The position numbers were made by a program, and so were the translations under genes. From a virus, in IMG/VR virus record IMGVR_UViG_3300045988_177924: a stretch of 64,000 nucleotides of DNA; one strand, given 5' to 3'. Below are positions 26,498-35,748 of this stretch, piece by piece (positions within the stretch are counted from its first letter, which is position 1; each line of letters starts with the position of its first letter). The notes under the pieces were generated by a model. It was not told the origin of the DNA. It searched no databases and saw only the letters and a program-made list of their open reading frames with translations.

Positions 26498-27421
26498 ATG
26501 GACAGATATGGGTGTTTGAACGAAAAAATAGCCAACGAAATTCAACAGTATGAGGCTACGTATTTTACCTATGATGAACCCGTTCCCTTTTGTGGGTTAC
26601 AAATTTATCCAATAATTATGCGGAACTACAACGATTTTATGTTGGTAAATCCGTGTTTAACGTTGAATAAAAACGAAACCCTTGAAGGCCTTAAACAAAC
26701 TCATCTAGATTTTTTGATCGGAAAACTTAATGATCAAGAAGAAGGACAACTTTGGACTCTTCGTTTGAGTAAGTTGTTTGAGTTGATTTTCCATTTAAAA
26801 GATGGGGTGTGGTGCCCTCAATGTGGCAACACAATGACTTACGCCGAGTTTATAACTCAACACAGAGAAATTCTCACTCAGGAAAAACCAGAAGAGGAAA
26901 AGTTGGTGGCTTGTCCCAAGTGTGGTTCAACACAACTTGAGGCAATGATACGGTATGTTGCAGATCCGGAAACGAAGAAGTATAAGTTAGTCGTAGCGGG
27001 ACATTCAATCGACGCTGCGGCGTTTGAGCGTTTAAGGCAAATTGTAATGTATCAGAATTTACCTGATTATTATGATGACAGCAAGATTGATCCTGACTTG
27101 AAGGCTGACTACGCAGAACGTATCAGAATCAAAAGCCAAAAGAGTGGAAAAGCGACCACTGAGAAAAAGATGGTGTGTGTTTCGGCTAAAACCAGCTATA
27201 AGCTGAGCGAGCTGTATGATATGCCAATCCGAAAGTTCTTGATGTTGTTAACGACGGTCGATGATGTAATCCAATATGAGGCCACTCGTGTTGGTATGAT
27301 GACCGGAATGGTTTCAATGAAAGAACCGCCTGAACATTGGATATATAAAAAAGAGACAGATGTTTTGGGCGACGCTTACAGGACTCTTGATGAATTCAAG
27401 GGTGAAATGTCTCAAATCTAA
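26498..27421 (+). CDS. hypothetical protein with zinc ribbon (CPQCGN...CPKCGS)
   Basis: ORF track, with RBS GGGAGG. Confidence 0.6.
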   Translation: MDRYGCLNEKIANEIQQYEATYFTYDEPVPFCGLQIYPIIMRNYNDFMLVNPCLTLNKNETLEGLKQTHLDFLIGKLNDQEEGQLWTLRLSKLFELIFHLKDGVWCPQCGNTMTYAEFITQHREILTQEKPEEEKLVACPKCGSTQLEAMIRYVADPETKKYKLVVAGHSIDAAAFERLRQIVMYQNLPDYYDDSKIDPDLKADYAERIRIKSQKSGKATTEKKMVCVSAKTSYKLSELYDMPIRKFLMLLTTVDDVIQYEATRVGMMTGMVSMKEPPEHWIYKKETDVLGDAYRTLDEFKGEMSQI

Positions 27422-27454
27422 AAACATAATTTAATTATATAAGGAGAAACTAAT

Positions 27455-28471
27455 ATGGCAAAATATTTTTTAGGCTCCGTTGGTAGCGCTGAAGCTTTCC
27501 GTATGGTTAATGGCCAACCGAAAATGGCTTTCGTCGCAAAGACTTTGACGGACTCTTCGATTTCTGTCACGATCACGAAAGACGAACTTCGTGGTGGTAC
27601 TGGCGCACCTGTTGTGACCAACTTCTTCCACGATCCTGCAGTGGCAATTACGCTTACTGACATTCTTTTCAAAGAAGGTTATGTTGAGGCACAACTTGGT
27701 ACCAACTTCACCGCTTCTGCGGAAGCTTATCAGAGCGAAACCATCAAAGCGGCTGAAGCCGGAAAACTCGTTTTGAGCAAAACCCCTGTTGATCTGGGTG
27801 TTTTAAAATGCAGTGACGGCGGCACCATTATTGCTTGGTATTCCGAAGAAGGGAAAGACGACTATAAGGCCGTTATTATTTCTGCTGTGGATGCTGGTAC
27901 GAAAACCTTGAGCGACAGCGGTATCGAAAATGGCAAAACCTATTGCGTACGTTATCTTGCGTCTGATAACAATGCCCTCGAAGCAATCGTTAAGAGCGAT
28001 ATGATTCCTCATGAACTTGCTCTTATTATTACGGTTCCTATTTTTGCAGGCGATGCTTGTGCGGCTTCTAAAGGCAGCAAGGCTGGTACGCTCACCTTCG
28101 AAGTTCCGAGATTCCAACTTGATGGTGGCCAAGAATTCACGTTCAATATGAGCTCGAATGCCACGATGAACCTCAATGGTACTGCTATGGTTATGACCGA
28201 AGGTTGTGACGTTAATAGTGGTAAACTCTTCCGCATGATCGAGGTGATTGAGGGTAGAGTTGTGGAAGACATCATGATTGATGAAGCAACGGCAAAAGTT
28301 GGAGCATCCAAAGAAGACGTCGTTGTTTATGCACTTTATAGCGATAAAAAGATAGCCGTTGTGAACAATCCTGAACTTTCTGGTGCAGCGATTGGCGAAG
28401 ACGGTATTTTGAAAGCTGGTGAACTTACCGCTGCTGCTCTTGGCAAGACTGCGAGCTATACGATTGAATAA
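27455..28471 (+). CDS. putative major tail (tube) protein
   Basis: 338 aa. It shares a conserved leader with the 21081 gene, and codon usage suggests abundance. Positional call. Confidence 0.45.
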   Translation: MAKYFLGSVGSAEAFRMVNGQPKMAFVAKTLTDSSISVTITKDELRGGTGAPVVTNFFHDPAVAITLTDILFKEGYVEAQLGTNFTASAEAYQSETIKAAEAGKLVLSKTPVDLGVLKCSDGGTIIAWYSEEGKDDYKAVIISAVDAGTKTLSDSGIENGKTYCVRYLASDNNALEAIVKSDMIPHELALIITVPIFAGDACAASKGSKAGTLTFEVPRFQLDGGQEFTFNMSSNATMNLNGTAMVMTEGCDVNSGKLFRMIEVIEGRVVEDIMIDEATAKVGASKEDVVVYALYSDKKIAVVNNPELSGAAIGEDGILKAGELTAAALGKTASYTIE

Positions 28472-28473
28472 TT

Positions 28474-28659
28474 ATGAGTAAATATCACAATTGCCTTCAC
28501 GCCGAGGGCGATGGATTTGATTGTTTTAAATGTTCAATTTTTATTGAACAAAAACAGGATAATTCAATTTGCCCTTTTCAGCGTTATTGTCACAACGAAA
28601 AACGCTGGGTTTCTACAAATTGTAAGGACAATTGTAAAAATTTTCAGTCGGCAAATTGA
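28474..28659 (+). CDS. small Cys-rich protein, 61 aa
   Basis: 8 Cys. The C-terminal CKDNCKNFQS resembles the CPTECKKFQS of the 60796 ORF. Confidence 0.5.
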   Translation: MSKYHNCLHAEGDGFDCFKCSIFIEQKQDNSICPFQRYCHNEKRWVSTNCKDNCKNFQSAN

Positions 28660-28673
28660 TTTTAAGGATTTTT

Positions 28674-28713
28674 GGGGTCGTACATTTGTGTATGGCCCCA
28701 ATTTTCTCTTTTA
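28674..28713 (+). terminator. possible intrinsic terminator
   Basis: ggggtc/ggcccc stem followed by aattttctctttt. Confidence 0.4.
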
Positions 28714-28716
28714 CAA

Positions 28717-28732
28717 ATAGACACGTGTCTAT
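28717..28732. promoter_or_regulatory. perfect 16-bp palindrome ATAGACACGTGTCTAT (operator-like)
   Basis: Read directly from the sequence, in the intergenic gap between the tail tube block and the holin-like gene. Confidence 0.4.
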
Positions 28733-28805
28733 CCTAACTATGAAAACAATCCCACAGCGTGTGGGTACAAATAAAAATATCATTTTATTTAACGAGGTGG
28801 AATCC

Positions 28806-29132
28806 ATGAGTAATGTAGATATTGGATTAATCGTCTCACTTGTTAGTGTTGTCGTTGCTGCGATTACTGCTATGGTTGCAATGTTTACAAAACTGAAAAA
28901 GAAGTTTGGCGAATTAGCAAAAGATGGCAATTGGAAAAAACTTTATCCTATGATTTTGCGGGCTATGGCAGATGCCGAAGCCACTGGGCAATCTGGGGCA
29001 GAAAAAAAAGAAATTGTTATGGCAGCTGTGGATTCTTTTGCGAAGGAATTAGGTGTTCAATATGAGGCTGATCAAATTTCCGACGCAATTGAATTTATTA
29101 TTGATTTTTCAAAAAAAGTAAATAAGAAGTGA
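28806..29132 (+). CDS. LL-H-family holin-like membrane protein, 108 aa
   Basis: Start at ATG 28806, after GAGGTGG. One N-terminal TM helix (IGLIVSLVSVVVAAITAMVAMF), then a GAEKKEIVMAAV...AIEFII pattern typical of that family. Confidence 0.5.
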   Translation: MSNVDIGLIVSLVSVVVAAITAMVAMFTKLKKKFGELAKDGNWKKLYPMILRAMADAEATGQSGAEKKEIVMAAVDSFAKELGVQYEADQISDAIEFIIDFSKKVNKK

Positions 29133-29142
29133 GGGGAAAATT

Positions 29143-29349
29143 ATGGGACAAAAATATGAAGGCACACTGATTATTCAAACCAACGATAATTATAGTCCTA
29201 CGGGCGAATATCGTTTGGAGTCAATACCTGATCTGGCATCCGAAGAAGACATCCTGAAAGGTAAAAAAGCTTATGGAGCACAGGGCGTGGTATTGAACGG
29301 GTCTTATGTCGCACCGGAGAAAGATCCTGAACCTGAACCTGCGGCGTAA
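29143..29349 (+). CDS. small protein, 68 aa, paralog of 29410..29730
   Basis: N-terminus MGQKYEGTLIIQTNDNYSPTGEY is shared with the next gene. Confidence 0.55.
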   Translation: MGQKYEGTLIIQTNDNYSPTGEYRLESIPDLASEEDILKGKKAYGAQGVVLNGSYVAPEKDPEPEPAA

Positions 29350-29409
29350 ACAACTATCGCAAAAGCATCCACACTATTGGTTATGGGTGATTTGGCAGGA
29401 GGAGAAAGT

Positions 29410-29730
29410 ATGGGACAAAAATACGAGGGGACGCTAATTATCCAAACTAATGATAATTATAGTCCAACAGGAGATTATGTATTAACCCCTCTTGGCAATC
29501 AGGCAGATGCGGCCAAGGTTTTAAAGGGTTATTCAGCTTACGATTCGTATGGAAAGGTAATTAATGGTACTGGAGAACTTGGTTCGATCGAAAACCCCAT
29601 TATAGCCAAAACCGAAGAAGAGATGAACAAGCTGAATGTGAGTGAGTTTTTTGGCAAATTTGTTAAGTATGTGGGACCGACCACGGAAAAATATGTTCAA
29701 AACGCTTACTATATAATTACAGAGGGTTAA
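29410..29730 (+). CDS. small protein, 106 aa, paralog of 29143..29349
   Basis: Start moved to ATG 29410, after GGAGGAG. N-terminus MGQKYEGTLIIQTNDNYSPTGDY. Confidence 0.55.
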   Translation: MGQKYEGTLIIQTNDNYSPTGDYVLTPLGNQADAAKVLKGYSAYDSYGKVINGTGELGSIENPIIAKTEEEMNKLNVSEFFGKFVKYVGPTTEKYVQNAYYIITEG

Positions 29731-29733
29731 AAG

Positions 29734-30204
29734 ATGATTCAAAGAATTATGATTGCTGATTATAATCAGCTGCTTAACACTCCAATTGAGAACAAAGATC
29801 TGAGTTCTTTTTCTCCGAAGGACGCAAGCGATAATAAAATCTATCATCATCTTGGTGCCACAACGGAGAAATTAGAACACAACGGTCTATATCGTTCAGA
29901 TGGTTCTAATTGGATAGCCTTGGATTCAACCGAGGAACTACAAAAGTATCAACAAAAATTAACAGCTGGTTCTGGAATTACAATTGACGAAAATAACGTT
30001 ATTTCTGCTTCGGGCGTTACCGCAGGGGCTGTTCAAGTGAGTACACGCGAACAACTACCCACTGTTGGCGATGTTGGTGGTGTGTACTTTGTATTATCAG
30101 AACAAGCAACCTATTGCTGGGATAAGGAAGAAAAATCTTATAAAAGCATGGGACAAAATTACGAGCATTTTATTTTCAATGGCGGAGACGCGTTGAATGA
30201 ATGA
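29734..30204 (+). CDS. hypothetical fibre-associated protein, 156 aa
   Basis: ORF track. Confidence 0.55.
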   Translation: MIQRIMIADYNQLLNTPIENKDLSSFSPKDASDNKIYHHLGATTEKLEHNGLYRSDGSNWIALDSTEELQKYQQKLTAGSGITIDENNVISASGVTAGAVQVSTREQLPTVGDVGGVYFVLSEQATYCWDKEEKSYKSMGQNYEHFIFNGGDALNE

Positions 30205-30230
30205 CAAACTTATTCCAAAAAGGAGAGTTT

Positions 30231-31496
30231 ATGGAGAAACAAATACGTACTACTTTAATTTTACGTAATGACACCAGCACCAATTGGGCTGCTTCCAAGC
30301 TTGTTTTGAAAAAAGGTGAAGTTGGTTATGATACCGATTTACACATTTTCAAGGTTGGAGATGGCACCAAAACTTGGAGCGAAATTACCATTTCATTTGT
30401 GGATTTGGCAGCCGTCGAAAAAGCAATCGGCGATGCTACCAAAAATTTGCACACAACCGATGTTTATCAGAAAGACATCGCGTTGGGTGGTGACAAAGCG
30501 GCAGCGCTTGCTGAAATCACAGCACCTGTCAAAGGTGATATTGCGATCATCAGGGAAGCGTTGGCTGGTGGAAAATATCAGTATACCGCATATGTACGCG
30601 GCGAGACCAACTGGGAAGCCATGGATGGCAATTACGACGCAGGTAATGTCTATTTTAAAGATGATATCACAGCAACCACAGCGTTTGGTATTTATGCTCC
30701 TGACGCATCTGGTTCGGTTGTGTTGCCTGCAAGTGGTAAGTCTGTAGAAGAATTCTTAAAAGGAGCGCTCGCAAAGGCTAATAACACTCCTACGGTGAAA
30801 CAACCGTCGGTTTCAATCAGTTTGACTGGAGCTGGAGCAAAAGAAGTTGGTAGCGAATTCACTCCTGCATATACGGTAAGTTTTAATAAAGGTAGTTATC
30901 AATATGGCCCTGATACGGGCATTACGGCAACCTATGCGGTCAGTGATACGGCTTCGCACACGGCTACTACAGCCACGGGTTCGTTTGCTAAGTTTACAGT
31001 TGGTGACAGCACTAATTACAAGGTCAGTGTTGTTGCTACGCACACGGCTGGTGCTGATCCTAAAAACAATCTTGGTGTGACTGAGGGTGTAGCTGGTAAA
31101 ATTGCGGCTGGCACAAAGAATGCTACTTCGGGTGCTGTTACTGGTTATAGAAACAGCTTCTGGGGTGGTGTCAACTCTAAAGAAGGCATTCCCACGAGTG
31201 CGATTATTAGAGGTTTGGCTGGTAAGAAAGGCGGCGCAATTGCGGCAGGTAATACGGGCGATGCTCAAGAGGCTGTTGGTGACATGCGTGTTATCATAGC
31301 TGTTCCTGCACCGAGAACCATCAATTCAATCAAAGACGTTAACGGATTGAACGCAGAAGCGTTCAGCGCATTTACCCATGTTACTGTGGATGTAGAAGGC
31401 GCGAATGGCTATGAGGCTAAGTCGTATAACGTATATTACAAAGATAATGCTGCAGCTTGTGACAAAGCGAATAAGTGGCATTTCACCGTAGCATAA
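30231..31496 (+). CDS. tail fibre protein (paralog family 1 of 4)
   Basis: N-terminal anchor pattern R.D...NW......L.KGE.G.D.....FKVGDGTKTW. Start at ATG 30231, after AAAGGAG. Confidence 0.65.
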   Translation: MEKQIRTTLILRNDTSTNWAASKLVLKKGEVGYDTDLHIFKVGDGTKTWSEITISFVDLAAVEKAIGDATKNLHTTDVYQKDIALGGDKAAALAEITAPVKGDIAIIREALAGGKYQYTAYVRGETNWEAMDGNYDAGNVYFKDDITATTAFGIYAPDASGSVVLPASGKSVEEFLKGALAKANNTPTVKQPSVSISLTGAGAKEVGSEFTPAYTVSFNKGSYQYGPDTGITATYAVSDTASHTATTATGSFAKFTVGDSTNYKVSVVATHTAGADPKNNLGVTEGVAGKIAAGTKNATSGAVTGYRNSFWGGVNSKEGIPTSAIIRGLAGKKGGAIAAGNTGDAQEAVGDMRVIIAVPAPRTINSIKDVNGLNAEAFSAFTHVTVDVEGANGYEAKSYNVYYKDNAAACDKANKWHFTVA

Positions 31497-31514
31497 TAGA
31501 GGGAGGTATATACT

Positions 31515-33212
31515 ATGTCAATGGATTTTGGTAAATTAAATTTTGCTGTTGGCTTTAATAGGACTTCTGCTTTCCCACTGGATGCTAATAGCTATTTTGA
31601 GAATTATAATGACGCCGTCACTGCTGCTGCGGGTGCCGCAGAAGTAGGCAGTGCAGATAGTGCATATTATATTGGTCAATTATTGATCGTTAAGGATACC
31701 ACCGAAGGTGTTGGTCTTTATCAAATCAATGCAGGTAAAACCCTTACGAAGTTTGGTCAGGCTTCTAGCGCAGACGAACTTGCAGGCAAAATTAGTGCAC
31801 TTGAAGCACGTTGCGCGGTAATCGAAGGTAAACTCATTCTTGCGACAACGGAAAAAGATGGTTTCCTGTCGAAAGAAGACAAAGCAAAACTTGACGGTAT
31901 TGCCGCTGGCGCACAAGTTAACGTTCTTGAAGGTGTTAAGGTCGACGGCGTTGATGTTGAAATAGTCGACAAAAAAGTAAACATTGATTTAAGTCCCTAT
32001 GCTAAGACTACGGAAGTTGAGGCTGTGCAAGCTATTGCAGACGCCGCAATGCCTAAAGCAGGTGGTGCTTTCACTGGCGCTATAACAATTCAAGCTCCGG
32101 CGGAAGATATGAACCCCGCAACGAAGAAATACGTTGATGATGCTATTAGCGGTATAACCGAATTTGAATTCAGCGTTGTTAATGCACTTCCTCAGACTGG
32201 CGAAAAGGGTATTATATATCTTGTAGCGCATGCACACGGAACGGGCGACATATATGATGAATATATCTGGGTAACCGATAAGTTTGAAAAGATTGGTAAT
32301 ACAGATATTGACTTGTCTTCTTATGTAACTGATGACGAACTTACAGCAGAAATCAGTAAGCTGACTCTTGCACAAGTAGCTATTGGGGCTGGTAAAACAC
32401 TCAAAACTATTAAACAAGAAAATGGTAAGGTTACAGTTGAACTTCAAGATATTGCAATTACTCAAGCTCAGGTTGAAGGGTTAGCGGACGCATTAGCAGG
32501 CAAACAGGCTGCTAACGCAAATCTCGATAAGTTAAACGCTATAACTGGTACTGGTCTTGTTAAGAAAACTGCTGACGGTTACGAAGTCGACAATTCTGCA
32601 TACATTACTGGGGCAGCTCTTGATGGTTATGCTAAATCAGCAGATGTCACGAGTGAAATCGGCACAGCGGTTAGCGGAGTAAAGGCTGAACTCGAAGGCG
32701 AGATTAATAAAAAACAATCTATTATCGACGCTGACCACAAATTGAGTGGTGCATTGATTGAAGGAGCCGTAGCGAACGCGGGTGTTGCTGATTCGGTTAA
32801 AAACATTTTAACGGCCGGTGGTAAAACTTATAACGGCTCTGAAGCTGTTGAAATTACTGCTGCTGATCTTGGCGCACTGACCGAGATCCCCCAAGCCACA
32901 ACTGATGCTCTTGGTGGTATCAAACTTGGACACACGGAAGGCGGAAACGAACACGCGGTTGTGTTGGACGCAGAAGGGAAAGCTTATGTTACGGTTCCCG
33001 TACCTGAACCCCTTACGTATAACGTCCTTGTTAACGGTGGTCTTGCCATCAATGAGCAACGCGAGTTCTCAATTGCTCCCGGTGGCGTGTTGACGGCGAT
33101 GATTGGGGATGGTCAAGTGACTGACGCAAAAATTAGTGCGTTGAATGTGAACAAGCTTGTCCAGACGGACGGAGATGAGCTCATTCTTAATGGCGGCACC
33201 GCAAACGCTTAA
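31515..33212 (+). CDS. tail fibre protein with coiled-coil and repeat modules
   Basis: Shares the module MPKAGGAFTGA.T.QAP...MNPATK.YVD...IGNTDIDLS.YV with 33234..34925. Confidence 0.65.
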   Translation: MSMDFGKLNFAVGFNRTSAFPLDANSYFENYNDAVTAAAGAAEVGSADSAYYIGQLLIVKDTTEGVGLYQINAGKTLTKFGQASSADELAGKISALEARCAVIEGKLILATTEKDGFLSKEDKAKLDGIAAGAQVNVLEGVKVDGVDVEIVDKKVNIDLSPYAKTTEVEAVQAIADAAMPKAGGAFTGAITIQAPAEDMNPATKKYVDDAISGITEFEFSVVNALPQTGEKGIIYLVAHAHGTGDIYDEYIWVTDKFEKIGNTDIDLSSYVTDDELTAEISKLTLAQVAIGAGKTLKTIKQENGKVTVELQDIAITQAQVEGLADALAGKQAANANLDKLNAITGTGLVKKTADGYEVDNSAYITGAALDGYAKSADVTSEIGTAVSGVKAELEGEINKKQSIIDADHKLSGALIEGAVANAGVADSVKNILTAGGKTYNGSEAVEITAADLGALTEIPQATTDALGGIKLGHTEGGNEHAVVLDAEGKAYVTVPVPEPLTYNVLVNGGLAINEQREFSIAPGGVLTAMIGDGQVTDAKISALNVNKLVQTDGDELILNGGTANA

Positions 33213-33233
33213 TAATTTGGAGGAATAAAAACA

Positions 33234-34925
33234 ATGGCAACTACTACACTTAATACAAGAATTGCTTTAAAATATGATACTTTAACCAATTGGAACGCTT
33301 CCGAATTCATCCTGAAAAAGGGTGAGGTCGCAATTTGTTCATTGGCGAATAGTGAGACTGCCGAACAATCCACGCCTCCTGCGGTATTGTTCAAGGTGGG
33401 CGATGGTGTTCACAAATTTAGAGAGCTTCCGTGGGCGAGCGGTCTTGCTGCCGATGTTTATGGATGGGCCAAAGCGGCGACCAAACCATCCTACACCCCA
33501 GGTGAAGTTGGTGCCGATAGTGCTGGTTCAGCGGCTAGTGCATTAGCCAGCGCTAAAGCTTACACAGATCAACAAATTGGGGCTCTTCCAGCACAAGCTG
33601 AATACATGCTTGAAACCGGAGCTGCTGATGGCTCGCTTGTTCTGAAAAAGGACGGTGTCGCAGTTGGTGATGCTGCTGTTGTTAAAGGCTGGGCTACGCT
33701 GCTTGCCAAAGCTCAGAAAGGTGTCGATGACGCTGCTGCTGCCGCAGCTGCTGCACAAGCTGCACAATCTACAGCAGACGGTAAATATTCAAAACCTAAG
33801 GACGGCATTCCTAAAACAGATTTAGCACAAGCTGTTCAAACCTCTTTAGGTAAAGCTGACACTGCTCTTCAGAATCACCAGACAGTTACTCTTGAGTCTG
33901 GTACTAACAACGGTACAGTAAAGATTACCGTTAATGGCACTGCTACTGACAATGTTGCTGTTAAAGGTCTTAAGAGCGCGGCTTATACCGAAAGTTCTGC
34001 TTATGCAACTGCGGCACAAGGCACGAAAGCTGACAATGCAATGCCCAAGGCTGGTGGCGCGTTTACAGGTGCTGTAACGGTTCAAGCGCCTACGGCAGAA
34101 ATGAACCCTGCAACCAAACAGTATGTTGATACCGCAATAAATGCTGTTAAACAATTTGAATATCAAGTTGTTACTGAGCTACCCACTGCTGCACAAGCAA
34201 CAATGGGCAAGATTTATCTTAAGGCTCATTCGCACAATCCGAGCGACGGACAGCCTGATAGTTACGATGAATTCATCACAGTTCAGTCTGGGTCAACTTA
34301 TAAGTGGGAGCGTATCGGCAATACAGACATTGACCTTTCTGGATATGTTCCTACAACAAGAAAAATCAACAACAAAGCACTTTCAAGTGACATTAACTTG
34401 AGTGCTGCTGATGTTGGCGTTAATGAAACAGCATTTCCTGGCTTGAACAAAACTGGTACTGTTACTGCTGTTAAGATGAACGGCACAACAAAGAATCCAG
34501 CTTCTGGTGTTGTTGACCTTGGTACTGTTATCACCGCTCACCAAGATATTTCGGGTAAACAAGATAAGTTGACCGCTGAACAACTTAATGCAGTCAACTC
34601 TGGTATTACCGAAGCAAAAGTTAGCACGTATGACGGTTATGCAACCACTATTGCTGGCAAACAAGATAAACTTTCGACTGCACAACTCGGCGCCGTTAAC
34701 TCTGGTATCACTGCAGCAAAAGTTGGCACTTATGATGGTTATGCAGATAAGATTACTGCTCTTGAAGGCAAACCTGGTCTAGATAAAGTTGGTACCGTTA
34801 CTAATGTTAGCGCCGGAGTTGGTTTGAAAGTGACTGGCACCGCTACTGTTGCTCCGAAAGTCGAAATTGACGATTCGGTAGTGTTCGTGTTTGACTGTGG
34901 TTCAGCTACGGTAAATATCGACTAA
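33234..34925 (+). CDS. tail fibre protein (paralog family 2 of 4)
   Basis: N-terminal NW..S.FILKKGEVA...FKVGDG anchor, an Ala-rich coiled coil, and modules shared with 31515, 35048 and 37985. Confidence 0.7.
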   Translation: MATTTLNTRIALKYDTLTNWNASEFILKKGEVAICSLANSETAEQSTPPAVLFKVGDGVHKFRELPWASGLAADVYGWAKAATKPSYTPGEVGADSAGSAASALASAKAYTDQQIGALPAQAEYMLETGAADGSLVLKKDGVAVGDAAVVKGWATLLAKAQKGVDDAAAAAAAAQAAQSTADGKYSKPKDGIPKTDLAQAVQTSLGKADTALQNHQTVTLESGTNNGTVKITVNGTATDNVAVKGLKSAAYTESSAYATAAQGTKADNAMPKAGGAFTGAVTVQAPTAEMNPATKQYVDTAINAVKQFEYQVVTELPTAAQATMGKIYLKAHSHNPSDGQPDSYDEFITVQSGSTYKWERIGNTDIDLSGYVPTTRKINNKALSSDINLSAADVGVNETAFPGLNKTGTVTAVKMNGTTKNPASGVVDLGTVITAHQDISGKQDKLTAEQLNAVNSGITEAKVSTYDGYATTIAGKQDKLSTAQLGAVNSGITAAKVGTYDGYADKITALEGKPGLDKVGTVTNVSAGVGLKVTGTATVAPKVEIDDSVVFVFDCGSATVNID

Positions 34926-34943
34926 TTTTTTCTAAATTCAAAA

Positions 34944-35290
34944 ACTTAAATAATCGACGGGGGTGTAGCAACCCCCGTCGAGCTTTGAGTGAAATCGATC
35001 TCAAAGCTCTGTTTCGGCTTAATTTGAAATTGATAAAGGAGGCCCAAATGGCTACTGAAAAAAAAATAAATTCACGAATTCAACAAAAACATGACGTCGC
35101 TGCCAATTGGGCAAAAGCGACAAACTTTATTCCTCAAAAAGGGGAAATTATTATATATGACGCAGAATACAATGCAAGTGGAAGTGAAACCCAGGCTGTT
35201 AGATTTAAAATCGGTGATGGCACTAGAACGGTTAATAATCTCCCATTTGCTGTTATAGATTATAACAATAGAATCACTGCTCTTGAGAGC
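34944..35290 (+). repeat. direct repeat copy A (347 bp): terminator hairpins + RBS + 5' end of a fibre gene
   Basis: Aligns by eye with 37881-38227 at high identity (roughly 85%). It includes gacggggg...cccccgtc and gagctttgag...ctcaaagctc hairpins, AAGGAGGCCC, and about 80 codons. Confidence 0.8.
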
Positions 35291-35737
35291 AAGCCTGGTT
35301 TAGACAAGGTTGGTACTGTCACATCGGTGAAAGCCAATGGAACAAATTTTAACCCTGACGCAACAGGTAAAGTTGATTTAGGGAACTTGGGTGGCGGTTC
35401 GGGACCTCTCACATTCGCTGATGTCGTTGTTATGACAGAGGCTGAATTTTCTGAAGCGTATCTGGCTGGCACTTTACAAGATGATAAATTATATTTAATT
35501 GAAGGCGAAACAGGAACGGTAAATTTTGTTTCTACCGCTGACCATATAGTTTATAATAATGCTAATTCAGGGCTCACAGCGACGAATTTACAGAGTGCTG
35601 TTGATGAAATGTGCCAAAGATTACTAACAACTGCACAATTAAATAAACTGATTGCTTTATTAGACAAACTCACTGTTGCTAATGATTCCGTTACCTTTAA
35701 TACAATAGTTAAAGCAACAACCTTTGATGTTCAGTAA
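35048..35737 (+). CDS. tail fibre protein (paralog family 3 of 4), 229 aa
   Basis: Start at ATG 35048, after AAGGAGG. MATEKKINSRIQQKHDVAANW...RFKIGDGTRT is nearly identical to the N-terminus of 37985. Confidence 0.7.
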   Translation: MATEKKINSRIQQKHDVAANWAKATNFIPQKGEIIIYDAEYNASGSETQAVRFKIGDGTRTVNNLPFAVIDYNNRITALESKPGLDKVGTVTSVKANGTNFNPDATGKVDLGNLGGGSGPLTFADVVVMTEAEFSEAYLAGTLQDDKLYLIEGETGTVNFVSTADHIVYNNANSGLTATNLQSAVDEMCQRLLTTAQLNKLIALLDKLTVANDSVTFNTIVKATTFDVQ

Positions 35738-35748
35738 TGAGGTGAGTT

